NCBI GenBank assembly: GCA_963663865.1
Contig: OY760686.1
Coordinates: forward strand, 640,001-704,000
From: Spirochaetota bacterium
GTDB lineage: Bacteria; Spirochaetota; UBA4802; UBA5550
Length of the DNA stretch: 64,000 nucleotides
Reading direction: 5' to 3'
Part shown: piece after piece, positions 9,533-18,802 of the stretch
How the letters are laid out: each line of letters starts with the position of its first letter
Numbering within the stretch: the stretch's first letter is position 1
Program-made: the position numbers and the translations under genes
Notes under the pieces: model-generated
The model's input: the letters and a program-made list of their open reading frames with translations, nothing else
Told to the model about the DNA's origin: nothing
The model's database searches: none

Positions 9533-10585
9533 ATGAGCGATAAAAACCTTCCTGAAAAATTCCCCAACTTCGTCCTCTTTAAAACTGCCGACGGCAAGGT
9601 CAACATTGATGTCTATTTTTACAATGAAACTCTGTGGCTTAGTCAGAAGCTCATTGCCGAATTGTTTCAGAAAGACCGAAGCGTTATCTCCAAGCATTTG
9701 AAAAAAATCTTTAAGGAAGGTGAATTGGATGAGCAAGTGGTATGTGCAAAATTTGCACTAACCACTCAGCACGGCGCTATCGAAGGCAAAACTCAGCAAA
9801 AAGACGTTCTTTACTATAACCTACGAGCTATAACCGCCGTGGGCTACCGAGTCAATTCTCACCGGGCTACGGAGTTCCGCAAATGGGCCACCGAGATTCT
9901 GCATGAATACATTATCAAAGGCTTTGCCATGGATGATGAACGCCTCAAGCAGATCAAACACTTTGGACAGGACTACTTCGATGAACTTCTGGAACGCATT
10001 CGGGAAATCCGCCTGAGTGAGCGCAGACTCTACCAGAAAATCACCGATATTTATGCCCTGTCTGCCGATTATGACCGGAATGATGAAACCACCAAAGAGT
10101 TCTTTGCCACCGTGCAGAACAAAATGCACTGGGCAATACAAGGTAAAACCGCTGCCGAAATTATCTATACCGAGGCAGACGCACAAAAGCTCTATATGGG
10201 GCTAAAAACATGGAAGAATGCTCCCGGTGGTAAAATCCTGAAATCCGATGTAACCATTGCCAAGAACTACCTGAATCAGGAACATCTCAGAGAATTGGAG
10301 CGGATCGTCTCAGCCTATCTGGATTTAGCTGAAAACCGCGCCCGCCGAGGCATTGTGACCAACATGAAAGACTGGGTCCAATATCTGGACAAATTTCTGG
10401 CTCTTTCAGATTATCCCATCCTGTTGGAGAAGGGCAAAGTCTCAGCTCTGGAAGCGAAAATTAAAGCGGAAGCCGAATACGATAAATTTCGAGTGATCCA
10501 GGATAAACAGTACATATCCGATTTTGACGAAGAAGTCAGAAAACTGATCGGGAAAGAAACAGGCGATAACAATGACGACATCTAA
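9533..10585 (+). CDS. RhuM-family protein
   Basis: ETLWLSQKLIAELF, AVGYRVNSHRATEFRKWAT, VQNKMHWAI.GKTAAEII; ATG 9533 with AAGGA RBS. Confidence 0.9.
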   Translation: MSDKNLPEKFPNFVLFKTADGKVNIDVYFYNETLWLSQKLIAELFQKDRSVISKHLKKIFKEGELDEQVVCAKFALTTQHGAIEGKTQQKDVLYYNLRAITAVGYRVNSHRATEFRKWATEILHEYIIKGFAMDDERLKQIKHFGQDYFDELLERIREIRLSERRLYQKITDIYALSADYDRNDETTKEFFATVQNKMHWAIQGKTAAEIIYTEADAQKLYMGLKTWKNAPGGKILKSDVTIAKNYLNQEHLRELERIVSAYLDLAENRARRGIVTNMKDWVQYLDKFLALSDYPILLEKGKVSALEAKIKAEAEYDKFRVIQDKQYISDFDEEVRKLIGKETGDNNDDI

Positions 10586-13500
10586 AATAACTGAATCCGC
10601 CATTGAAACCTTTGCTATCGAACTTCTTGTAAAACATGGCTATCATTATATCTACGGCCCTGGTATTGCACCGGATAGCGAAAATGAATCCACACCCCCT
10701 TCAGGGGGTCGGGGGGCCGTAGAGGTTCGGCATTCCTTTGAAGACGTACTACTTCTGGAAAAATTAAAAACCGCTGTTTCCCGCATTAACCCTGATATTC
10801 CAGCAGAAGCTCGTGAAGATGCCATAAAACAAATAGAACGCCTCAACTCACCCGAACTGATAGCCAACAACGAAACCTTCCATCGTATGTTGACCGAAGG
10901 CATTAAAGTGACATACCAAAAAGACAGAAACAGTCGCGGTGATTTAGTCTGGTTAATTGACTTTGATGAACCGGAGAACAATGACTTTATAGTTATAAAC
11001 CAGTATACCGTTATCAATTCCTCCCCTTTAGGAGACCGAGGTTCTGACGACTGTGAAACTTCTCCCCCTTCAGGGGGTTGGGGGGCCAAACGGCCTGATG
11101 TCATTTTATTCGTCAATGGATTGCCTCTTGTGGTTATTGAACTTAAAAATCCAGCTGATGAAAACGCCACTGTACATTCGGCATTTAAACAATTGCAAAC
11201 CTATAAACAGGCAATCCCCTCCCTGTTTACTTACAATGGATTTTTAGTTATTTCAGACGGTCTTGAAGCAAAAGCCGGTACAATTTCTTCCGGGTACAGT
11301 CGTTTTATGGCATGGAAAACCTCTGATGGCAAAGTTGAAGCCTCTCCGCTAATTGGTCAGTTGGAAACCTTAATTCGCGGTATGCTCGACAAAAAAACAT
11401 TACTGGATATTCTCAGGCACTTTATCGTATTTGAAAAATCCACCTTGTCATCCCCTTCAGGGGACCGAGGGGCCGTCATAACCATCCAAACCGTAAAAAA
11501 ACTGGCAGCCTATCATCAATACTATGCGGTAAACAGAGCTGTTGAGTCAACACTTCGTGCTTCCGGTTACATCAGAAAAAATGTCAATAATTCCGAAGGT
11601 TTTACCGTTCAGGAATCGCCTGAAAGTTATGGTGTTCCAGGTGTGAATTCCCAGCCTGTGGGCGATAAAAAAGGCGGTGTTGTCTGGCATACTCAGGGCT
11701 CTGGAAAATCCTTATCTATGGTTTTTTATACTGGAAAGGTAGTTCTCGAAATGGATAATCCGACCATTCTTGTAATCACCGACCGCAATGACCTTGATGA
11801 CCAGCTTTTTTATACCTTTGCCTCATCTAAACAACTTCTCAGGCAGGAGCCGGTTCAGGCCGGGAACAGGGAGCAATTAAAGGAATTATTGAAAGTCGCA
11901 TCCGGCGGCGTGGTCTTCACCACGATTCAGAAGTTTCAACCGGAAGAAGGAAATGTTTACGAAAAACTGTCTGACAGAACCAATATTATAGTTATCGCCG
12001 ATGAAGCCCACAGAACTCAATACGGTTTTAAGGCAAAAACAATCGATGATAAAGACGAGAATGGCAAAGTAATTGGTAAGAAAGTTGTTTATGGATTTGC
12101 AAAATACATGAGGGATGCCCTCCCCAACGCGACTTATCTCGGTTTTACCGGAACGCCCATTGAAAACACCGATGTCAACACCCCAGCTGTTTTCGGAAAT
12201 TATGTTGATGTATATGATATAGCACAGTCCGTTCATGACGGTGCAACTGTCCGCATCTATTACGAAAGCCGTCTCGCAAAAATTGTATTAAGCAGTGAAG
12301 GCAAAAAACTTATAAAAGAACTTGATGATGATCTTGCACAGGATGAACTTTCCGAAACACAAAAGGCAAAAGCCAAATGGACTCAGCTTGAGGCTCTTAT
12401 CGGCAGTGCTGACAGAATAAAGCAGGTCGCTAAAGACATTATAACGCATTTTGAACAGAGACAGGAGGTTATAGACGGCAAGGCAATGATTGTCACTATG
12501 TCTCGTCGCATTGCTGCTGAACTGTACAAGGCTATTATTGAAATCAAGCCAGAATGGCATAAAGATGATTTGAAGAAAGGCGTTATCAAAGTTGTCATGA
12601 CTTCTGCTTCTTCAGATGGCCCGGAAATATCCAAACACCATACGAAAAAAGAGCAAAGACGTTCTTTAGCAGACCGAATGAAAGAACCCGAAGATGAACT
12701 GAAACTGGTAATCGTAAGGGATATGTGGCTCACCGGTTTTGATGTGCCTTCCCTGCATACACTCTATATTGATAAACCGATGAAAGGCCATAATTTAATG
12801 CAGGCAATCGCCCGTGTTAATCGTGTTTATAAAGACAAAACCGGCGGACTCATAGTTGACTATCTTGGAATAGCTTCTGACCTGAAAAAGGCTCTCTCTT
12901 TTTATTCTGACGCTGGCGGTAAAGGTGACCCGGCTGTTAATCAGGAAAAAGCCGTACAGCTTATGCTGGAAAAACTGGAAGTTGTGTCTCAATTGTTCCA
13001 TGGTTTTGCTTACGAAGAATACTTAGAAGCTGAAACCGGTAGAAAATTATCACTTATTCTTTCGGCAGAAGAACATATACTTGGGCTTGAAAATGGAAGA
13101 AAACGATACATTGATGAAGTAACGGCCTTATCTCAAGCATTTTCAATAGCTATACCACATGAACAGGCAATGGACGTCAAAGACGAAGTGGCCTTTTTTC
13201 AGGCAGTAAAATCACGTCTTGTTAAGTTTGACAGTACCGGCTCTGGAAAAACTGATGAGGAAGTTGAAACCGCAATTCGTCAGGTCATAGACAAGGCACT
13301 TGTTACTGAAAGAGTAATTGATGTTTTTGATGCTGCTGGTATTAAAAAGCCGGATATTTCCATATTGTCAGAAGACTTCCTTCTTGAAGTTAAAAATATG
13401 GAGCACAAGAATATTGCTCTTGAAGTTCTGAAAAAACTCCTTAACGATGAAATAAAATCCCGGACAAAGAAGAATTTAATTCAAAGCAGAACCTTAATGG

Positions 13501-13916
13501 AAATGCTTGAAAATTCAATTAAGAAATATCACAACAAAATCCTTACTGCTGCGGAAGTAATCGAAGAGCTTATTGAATTATCAAAAGAAATTCATGAAAT
13601 GGACAAAGAGCCAAAAGAAATGGGTCTTTCGGATTATGAATACGCATTTTATACAGCCATTTCGAATAATGACAGTGCAAAACAGGTCATGGAACAGGAT
13701 AAACTCAGAGAGCTTGCAGTTGTACTTTATGAAAAGGTAAAAGAAAACGCTTCTATTGACTGGACGATAAAGGAAAGCGTTAAAGCAAAATTAAAAGTAA
13801 TTGTTAAAAGAATTTTAAGACAGTATGGTTATCCGCCAGATATGCAAATGTTAGCAACAGAAACTGTATTAAAACAGGCTGAACTAATTGCTGAGGAATT
13901 AACACATGGTGAATAG
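10572..13916 (+). CDS. hsdR: Type I R-M restriction subunit
   Basis: RPDVILFVNGLPLVVIELK nuclease motif, WHTQGSGKS, DEAH, GFTGTP, MWLTGFD, QAIARVNR. Confidence 0.98.
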   Translation: MTTSKITESAIETFAIELLVKHGYHYIYGPGIAPDSENESTPPSGGRGAVEVRHSFEDVLLLEKLKTAVSRINPDIPAEAREDAIKQIERLNSPELIANNETFHRMLTEGIKVTYQKDRNSRGDLVWLIDFDEPENNDFIVINQYTVINSSPLGDRGSDDCETSPPSGGWGAKRPDVILFVNGLPLVVIELKNPADENATVHSAFKQLQTYKQAIPSLFTYNGFLVISDGLEAKAGTISSGYSRFMAWKTSDGKVEASPLIGQLETLIRGMLDKKTLLDILRHFIVFEKSTLSSPSGDRGAVITIQTVKKLAAYHQYYAVNRAVESTLRASGYIRKNVNNSEGFTVQESPESYGVPGVNSQPVGDKKGGVVWHTQGSGKSLSMVFYTGKVVLEMDNPTILVITDRNDLDDQLFYTFASSKQLLRQEPVQAGNREQLKELLKVASGGVVFTTIQKFQPEEGNVYEKLSDRTNIIVIADEAHRTQYGFKAKTIDDKDENGKVIGKKVVYGFAKYMRDALPNATYLGFTGTPIENTDVNTPAVFGNYVDVYDIAQSVHDGATVRIYYESRLAKIVLSSEGKKLIKELDDDLAQDELSETQKAKAKWTQLEALIGSADRIKQVAKDIITHFEQRQEVIDGKAMIVTMSRRIAAELYKAIIEIKPEWHKDDLKKGVIKVVMTSASSDGPEISKHHTKKEQRRSLADRMKEPEDELKLVIVRDMWLTGFDVPSLHTLYIDKPMKGHNLMQAIARVNRVYKDKTGGLIVDYLGIASDLKKALSFYSDAGGKGDPAVNQEKAVQLMLEKLEVVSQLFHGFAYEEYLEAETGRKLSLILSAEEHILGLENGRKRYIDEVTALSQAFSIAIPHEQAMDVKDEVAFFQAVKSRLVKFDSTGSGKTDEEVETAIRQVIDKALVTERVIDVFDAAGIKKPDISILSEDFLLEVKNMEHKNIALEVLKKLLNDEIKSRTKKNLIQSRTLMEMLENSIKKYHNKILTAAEVIEELIELSKEIHEMDKEPKEMGLSDYEYAFYTAISNNDSAKQVMEQDKLRELAVVLYEKVKENASIDWTIKESVKAKLKVIVKRILRQYGYPPDMQMLATETVLKQAELIAEELTHGE

Positions 13917-13950
13917 GAAAGACGCATTCGGCGTCCTGACTCCGAAGGTG

Positions 13951-14012
13951 GGCGTGAACTCAAACCTCAAACTCTGCGTGTAGAGCCGCCCAATTTGGGC
14001 GGCTCTACACGC
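13951..14012. repeat. 62-bp direct repeat, copy 1, containing a family C (GTAG-type REP) palindrome
   Basis: Identical to 14971-15032; includes the 37-bp palindrome GCGTGTAGAGCCGCCCAA-T-TTGGGCGGCTCTACACGC. Confidence 0.92.
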
Positions 14013-14207
14013 CTGTGACAGCAACTGATTGCTACATAACTCAACCGGGCGGCTCTACCCGCTCTGTATTTACTGACAGATATGGGCCCGCAAAACGCGA
14101 TAGAGAAAAATGTCCGGTAAAAAAAATTACATAACCAGAGGAGCGCTAAACACAAACAACGAAAACTGAAACCAGTTATGTCGAGTTATATCGCTATTAT
14201 TGTAAGT

Positions 14208-14606
14208 TCACCATAAAAGCTTAAGCCCATCTTTTACGTATTCCTCAAACGACCTGTCCTTTGATATCATGATAAGCCCTTCATTGATAGCTTGCCAGAT
14301 TAACATTCGGTCAAAAGGATCACTATGTCCGTATTTCTTTAATCGATAAAAAGAACTTACAGTTTTTTCATCAATATTTATAATTTCAAAACCTGATTCA
14401 GCTGCATAAAAAGGGAGTTCATCCGGGGTTACATTTTTAAGATTGAGCTTGCCGATGCTGTACTTTAACGAGATTTCCCAGAAAGTAATTGTACTTACAT
14501 AAACATCATTCTCAATTTTCTCAATTTTTCTTGCTACTTTCCCGGGTAATTTTTGAGGGTCAAAAATCGACCATAGAAAGGTATGCGTATCCAATAAATA
14601 CTTCAT
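14208..14606 (-). CDS. vapC: PIN-domain (VapC-family) toxin
   Basis: YLLDTHTFLW, STITFWEISLK, HSDPFDRMLIWQA; ATGA overlap with antitoxin. Confidence 0.92.
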   Translation of the reverse strand: MKYLLDTHTFLWSIFDPQKLPGKVARKIEKIENDVYVSTITFWEISLKYSIGKLNLKNVTPDELPFYAAESGFEIINIDEKTVSSFYRLKKYGHSDPFDRMLIWQAINEGLIMISKDRSFEEYVKDGLKLLW

Positions 14607-14842
14607 GAATTGAAAAACTCATCATCAGAAAGCTTAAATGTATTTGTAATGGTAAAGCCAGCCTTGTTTTGCAGGATTCCCAGTTTTCTGTTGTTTCGTT
14701 TTATATATTTTGAGTAAGGAATTAATACAGCTATTTTTTCCTTCTTTTTGCCAAAGGAAAGAGTTATTTCTTCACCATCCTTTAATTCATTTATAATCTC
14801 AGATAAACGGGACTTAAATTCGCCGACTTGTAGTGTTTTCAT
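14603..14842 (-). CDS. Phd/YefM-family antitoxin
   Basis: MKTLQVGEFKSRLSEII..GEEI..IAVLIP..RKLGIL; directly upstream of the PIN toxin. Confidence 0.88.
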   Translation of the reverse strand: MKTLQVGEFKSRLSEIINELKDGEEITLSFGKKKEKIAVLIPYSKYIKRNNRKLGILQNKAGFTITNTFKLSDDEFFNS

Positions 14843-14849
14843 GATAAAA

Positions 14850-14878
14850 ATAATAGCAAAATGTAGTCAAGTTGTCAA
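14850..14878 (-). promoter_or_regulatory. Sigma70 promoter of the TA operon
   Basis: Minus strand TTGACA-17 bp-TATTAT with extended -10 TG. Confidence 0.75.
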
Positions 14879-14970
14879 GAATAAAATGAATGGCGGAAAT
14901 GCACATCAACCTGAATTCAACAGTGAAGTGCAACAGAGCCCCGACTGCTCTATGAAATTGTTTTGCACAC

Positions 14971-15084
14971 GGCGTGAACTCAAACCTCAAACTCTGCGTG
15001 TAGAGCCGCCCAATTTGGGCGGCTCTACACGCTTATGACAGCGGCTCTGCACGCCTATAACAGCGGCTCTACACGCTTATGATA
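14971..15084. repeat. 62-bp direct repeat, copy 2, plus 22-bp tandem half-REP units
   Basis: 14971-15032 equals 13951-14012; three units of GCGGCTCT(A/G)CACGC(T/C)TAT(G/A)A(C/T)A at 15019-15084. Confidence 0.9.
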
Positions 15085-15218
15085 AAAAAAATTTATTCTT
15101 CCAACCTCTCCATCGAACATCTATGTTTTCTGAAGACATTTCACTAAATTAAATCCATAAATTTTCATTAATGCCGCTGCTGCCTACCGGCGGGGCAGCC
15201 GGTATAAAAGGAGGCGTT

Positions 15219-15464
15219 ATGCGTTACTGTGAAATGTGCAGATCTATCACCAGGCATAAAGTAGAGGTCATCCATCCTCAGATAACACTCCTCACCTGTA
15301 CTAATTGCGGCATCTTCGGTCATATTGACAGTCCTCTTTCTGATGAAGAGACCTTCAAATATGTAACCGAGTATCTGGACAGAACTCTCGGAAAAGCGGA
15401 CGGAACGGCGATAATCGATCATTCCCCGATTGATCCCGTGACGGGCAAGTTTACTTTGCGTTGA
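15219..15464 (+). CDS. Small zinc-ribbon-like protein
   Basis: Strong RBS AAGGAGG; CEMC and CTNC pairs. Confidence 0.65.
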   Translation: MRYCEMCRSITRHKVEVIHPQITLLTCTNCGIFGHIDSPLSDEETFKYVTEYLDRTLGKADGTAIIDHSPIDPVTGKFTLR

Positions 15465-15519
15465 GTCGCAGGGAAGTGGGAATTTATTTTTAAAATATAA
15501 TGAGTATAATAAAGAGAGG

Positions 15520-16185
15520 ATGGTTATGAATGTAAGTTATGGAAGTGTCTTGTCGCTTTGTTGTTTTCTGTCATGTGTTTCAACTAATATCTCTGCATTT
15601 AAAACTCCCGATGAGTTCACGCCATTGAAGAAGGTAATGATCTATGCGGAGGGAAACAATCTCATGACTCAGGAAGCAGTTGAAGAATCTGTTATGAATT
15701 CATTTCTGGCCGATGGCATAGATGCTGTCCCATCCCTGGAAATCCTCGTACCGACTGAAGAGTACACAGCAGAAAAGGTAAAAGCAATTCTGATAGAAAA
15801 GGGAATCGATGGTGTTTTAAGAGTGGATCAGGTTGCTGCCGATTATCACAGACAGCATATACCAGAGATGAAGATCGGTCCAAGCAGAACCGAAGGACAG
15901 ATACAGACTTATGGGAAGAGGTCTCAATTCTCCATGCAAACCTATCAGAATACTGTTGGAGGATTTGATGTTGAAAAGCCAAGAGTTGATTACACCTATG
16001 ATTTATATGAAGCTGTATCCGGGAAAAAGCTGTGGACGGCCCGGGCGTTTACAGGCGGAAACAGTTGCGTCTCTTTGAGAGAGGCTAAATCACATACCCA
16101 TGAGGAGATTGCTGAAAGGCTGATCAAAGAAGGAGTCTTAACAGCTTCAATAAAAAGCAGGAGGAATGCTTATAAAAGAAAGTAA
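15520..16185 (+). CDS. Hypothetical lipoprotein
   Basis: Signal peptide ending FLSC; 221 aa; RBS GAGAGG. Confidence 0.7.
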   Translation: MVMNVSYGSVLSLCCFLSCVSTNISAFKTPDEFTPLKKVMIYAEGNNLMTQEAVEESVMNSFLADGIDAVPSLEILVPTEEYTAEKVKAILIEKGIDGVLRVDQVAADYHRQHIPEMKIGPSRTEGQIQTYGKRSQFSMQTYQNTVGGFDVEKPRVDYTYDLYEAVSGKKLWTARAFTGGNSCVSLREAKSHTHEEIAERLIKEGVLTASIKSRRNAYKRK

Positions 16186-16372
16186 TCCTGTGAAAAGAAT
16201 CCTGAAAATAATCTTCAACCTCTCCCTTAAACCTCTACGTCTAAACATGGAATTGCGTTACCCTGTAAGGTTTGCAGTGAATACGCAAAGGCTTTTCGAA
16301 TTTGATGTCAACAGTATCCTGTCAGGGATGGTGTTATCACAGAGGATTATGGCTGATTCAAAGGAGATAGAG

Positions 16373-17764
16373 ATGATTATTCTGAGGTCATTCGTTCTTC
16401 AAGTCCAATTTAAAAGAAACCCGTTTAATTTTTCGGCTTCGGCAATATTAATACTGCTGCTGGTAAATACTCCTGAGGCGTGGGGAAATGAATGCTGCCT
16501 ATTTCATGGAGGGGCGGATTACTGCCTTTCGCAAAGCGGTAAGGTTGTATGTAAGGATGGGACTATCTGCAGTTCATGCGAATGTGTGGCCGCTTGTAGC
16601 TATTACGCGGGGAAAGAGCATAGCTTATCCTCAAGCGATCTGTATAATAAATACGTGCTGGTAGAAAAAGGCTACAGAGACAAACTGAGATTGGGCTATT
16701 ATAAATTTGCTGAAAGCAGCCGAGGGCAGGACAAAAACGAAAAGAATAAAGCTGAATACAATAAGAGCAACTACCTTCTTTTTGAAATATTCGGCGGATT
16801 TGAAACTTACATGTGCCACATAAATTCGAAGCCGCGATACAACGCAGTTCAGGAAATCGAAGCTGAAATAGAACCGATCTATCTCGGCAATCTCCAGATA
16901 AATGCTTCGATACCCTTAATATTTTTCAGGGGGGTCTACAAGTATGACTTTAAACAAAAGGGCGGAACAATAAACAGTAAGAGAGAAAATTATATCAATG
17001 AGTATGTAGACAGGGATAGGCTGAAGTATTTTCTGAATATTGTCGGAGGCATAATCGGCTTTGAGTTTGGATTTCAGACGGAAACCTTTGAGTATGGGAA
17101 GTATCGTTATTATACATCAGATTACGGTTATGGAAGTGAAAGAGATGACCTGCAGGGAGTATATCCCTTTCAGATATCTTCAGATCAGCTTCAGGTCAGG
17201 TATCACTTCTGGTGGTACAAGACCCCGAGGCTCGGAGGAGTAACCGGAGAGAATTATCCGTTTGATATCTATGTCGGATACAGGTACAGAAGAATGAATC
17301 TGCCTGGTATCATCTATGAGCTCGATGAAAACAAGATTCCGGTCGGCGAATCCCTCCCCCAGAATATTGAGTACAGAGTTCACTACGCCGGTATAGGCTT
17401 CGGGAATCAGGAAAAACTGCCCGATAAGGGGAGCAATCTTTACTGGGAGCTGGAGCTGTTCGCGGGTAAAGGTAAGACCACAGTAAACGTAAATGATTAT
17501 AACGGGGGAGTGTACTCCTTTAGCGGGGCTTATTCTTCCAGCCGTGAAAACATGGACATTCTTGCCTTCGATATAGGGCTTCGGCTTGGCTGGCTTGTAA
17601 ATTTTATTCACTCGGGTATTTTTATGAGCATAAAGCTGGAATACAGCGCGAATCTGGGCATGCAGTTCATAACGACATCGAAAGGGACACACACCTATGA
17701 AAGGTCTGAAGATGACGGTTCCATTTTTCATTCAGTAGAGCTTTCAGGGGAAATAACATTTTAA
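16373..17764 (+). CDS. Exported protein, Cys-rich N-terminal domain plus probable beta-barrel
   Basis: ATG 16373 with AAGGAG; CCLFHGGADYC..VVCKDG..CSSC; alternating Gly/aromatic strands and terminal Phe. Confidence 0.65.
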   Translation: MIILRSFVLQVQFKRNPFNFSASAILILLLVNTPEAWGNECCLFHGGADYCLSQSGKVVCKDGTICSSCECVAACSYYAGKEHSLSSSDLYNKYVLVEKGYRDKLRLGYYKFAESSRGQDKNEKNKAEYNKSNYLLFEIFGGFETYMCHINSKPRYNAVQEIEAEIEPIYLGNLQINASIPLIFFRGVYKYDFKQKGGTINSKRENYINEYVDRDRLKYFLNIVGGIIGFEFGFQTETFEYGKYRYYTSDYGYGSERDDLQGVYPFQISSDQLQVRYHFWWYKTPRLGGVTGENYPFDIYVGYRYRRMNLPGIIYELDENKIPVGESLPQNIEYRVHYAGIGFGNQEKLPDKGSNLYWELELFAGKGKTTVNVNDYNGGVYSFSGAYSSSRENMDILAFDIGLRLGWLVNFIHSGIFMSIKLEYSANLGMQFITTSKGTHTYERSEDDGSIFHSVELSGEITF

Positions 17765-17904
17765 AATTTGGCGGAAAAACCCGCTTATAACGGTAATATC
17801 CCTTTAATAATACCATAAAAATGAATTGAACAATGTAACGAGCTGTAACATATATAGTAACACGAGATGAACCATTCACGGCATTATAGCACAAAGGAGT
17901 TAAG

Positions 17905-18654
17905 GTGAAAGATATCGATAAAATGCTTGAACAAATCGACTCTCTCAAGTCAAAGCTCGATTCAGCCCGTCCCATTATAGACAGATCAATTCTCGACGCT
18001 ATGGATATTGAGTACACGTACGACAGCAACCGTATTGAAGGCAATACCCTGACTCTGCGTGAGACTGACATAATCATAAACAAGGGACTCACTGTCAGCG
18101 GGAAGTCTTTGCGTGAGCACCTTGAGGCTACTAACCATTATGAGGCGATTGGTTATATTAGAGAGCTTGTTGAGAAAAAGGAAGAAATTACTGAAACTCT
18201 CATTAAGGATATTCATGCTATAATTCTCAGAGGTATAGACCGTCTGAACGCAGGCGTTTATCGTTCTGTGCCTGTTGCAATTTCGGGCAGCAGACCTGTT
18301 CCTCCGCAGCCTGTGGAGATTGCCGGGCTTATGGAAGATTTTATTCTATGGCTCAGGAATGAGTCTTCAGGTCTTCATCCTGTAATTCTGGCGGCTGAAG
18401 TGCATGAGCGTATTGCGACCATTCATCCATTTATTGACGGAAATGGCCGAACCGCCCGGCTTCTTATGAACCTTGTACTGATAATTCACGGGTATCCCAT
18501 TGCGAGTATTCCCGGTGATTCTGAAAGCCGTCTTGCTTATTACGATACCCTTGAATCGTGTAATATGACAGGGGATACAAGCAAATTCCATGTCTTTATA
18601 GCAAATTGTGTTTTTGAAAGTATGAATGGTTTTATTCGCAAGGCAGGGTTGTAA
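17905..18654 (+). CDS. Fic-family protein (class II, N-terminal inhibitory motif)
   Basis: HPFIDGNGRTAR catalytic motif; SNRIEGN inhibitory motif. Confidence 0.95.
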   Translation: MKDIDKMLEQIDSLKSKLDSARPIIDRSILDAMDIEYTYDSNRIEGNTLTLRETDIIINKGLTVSGKSLREHLEATNHYEAIGYIRELVEKKEEITETLIKDIHAIILRGIDRLNAGVYRSVPVAISGSRPVPPQPVEIAGLMEDFILWLRNESSGLHPVILAAEVHERIATIHPFIDGNGRTARLLMNLVLIIHGYPIASIPGDSESRLAYYDTLESCNMTGDTSKFHVFIANCVFESMNGFIRKAGL

Positions 18655-18715
18655 TATTACACTCTATTATGCGCTAATGAAACAACGTTACCAACAAATA
18701 CCGTACCCCTGCCCC

Positions 18716-18744
18716 TTGACTTTTATGGAATAATGCAGCATAAT
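18716..18744 (+). promoter_or_regulatory. Sigma70 promoter
   Basis: TTGACT-17 bp-CATAAT upstream of 18803. Confidence 0.6.
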
Positions 18745-18802
18745 ACGAGCCAGTTAAAACGGTCGTGGTAAAAAACAATCTGTCTCAAAAGAGAGGTTTT
18801 AC

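Larger units (their letters stand above)
2405..11473. repeat. Family A dispersed palindromic repeats (core CCCC(C)T-RAA/TYA-GGGG(G)), at least 9 copies
   Basis: Copies at 2405-2427, 2549-2573, 2948-2972 (forward) and 2999-3021, 9396-9418, 10695-10717, 11021-11041 (degenerate), 11062-11086, 11451-11473 (reverse). Confidence 0.9.

Noticed and set aside
14031-14194. Possible attC next to the TA pair (GCTACATAACTC...GAGTTATATCGC)
   Set aside because: Outer boxes resemble R sites but there is no complementary inner arm and the span is long; at most a decayed relic.
15019-15084. 22-bp tandem units as CRISPR or iterons
   Set aside because: No unique spacers; the units are half copies of the adjacent REP palindrome.
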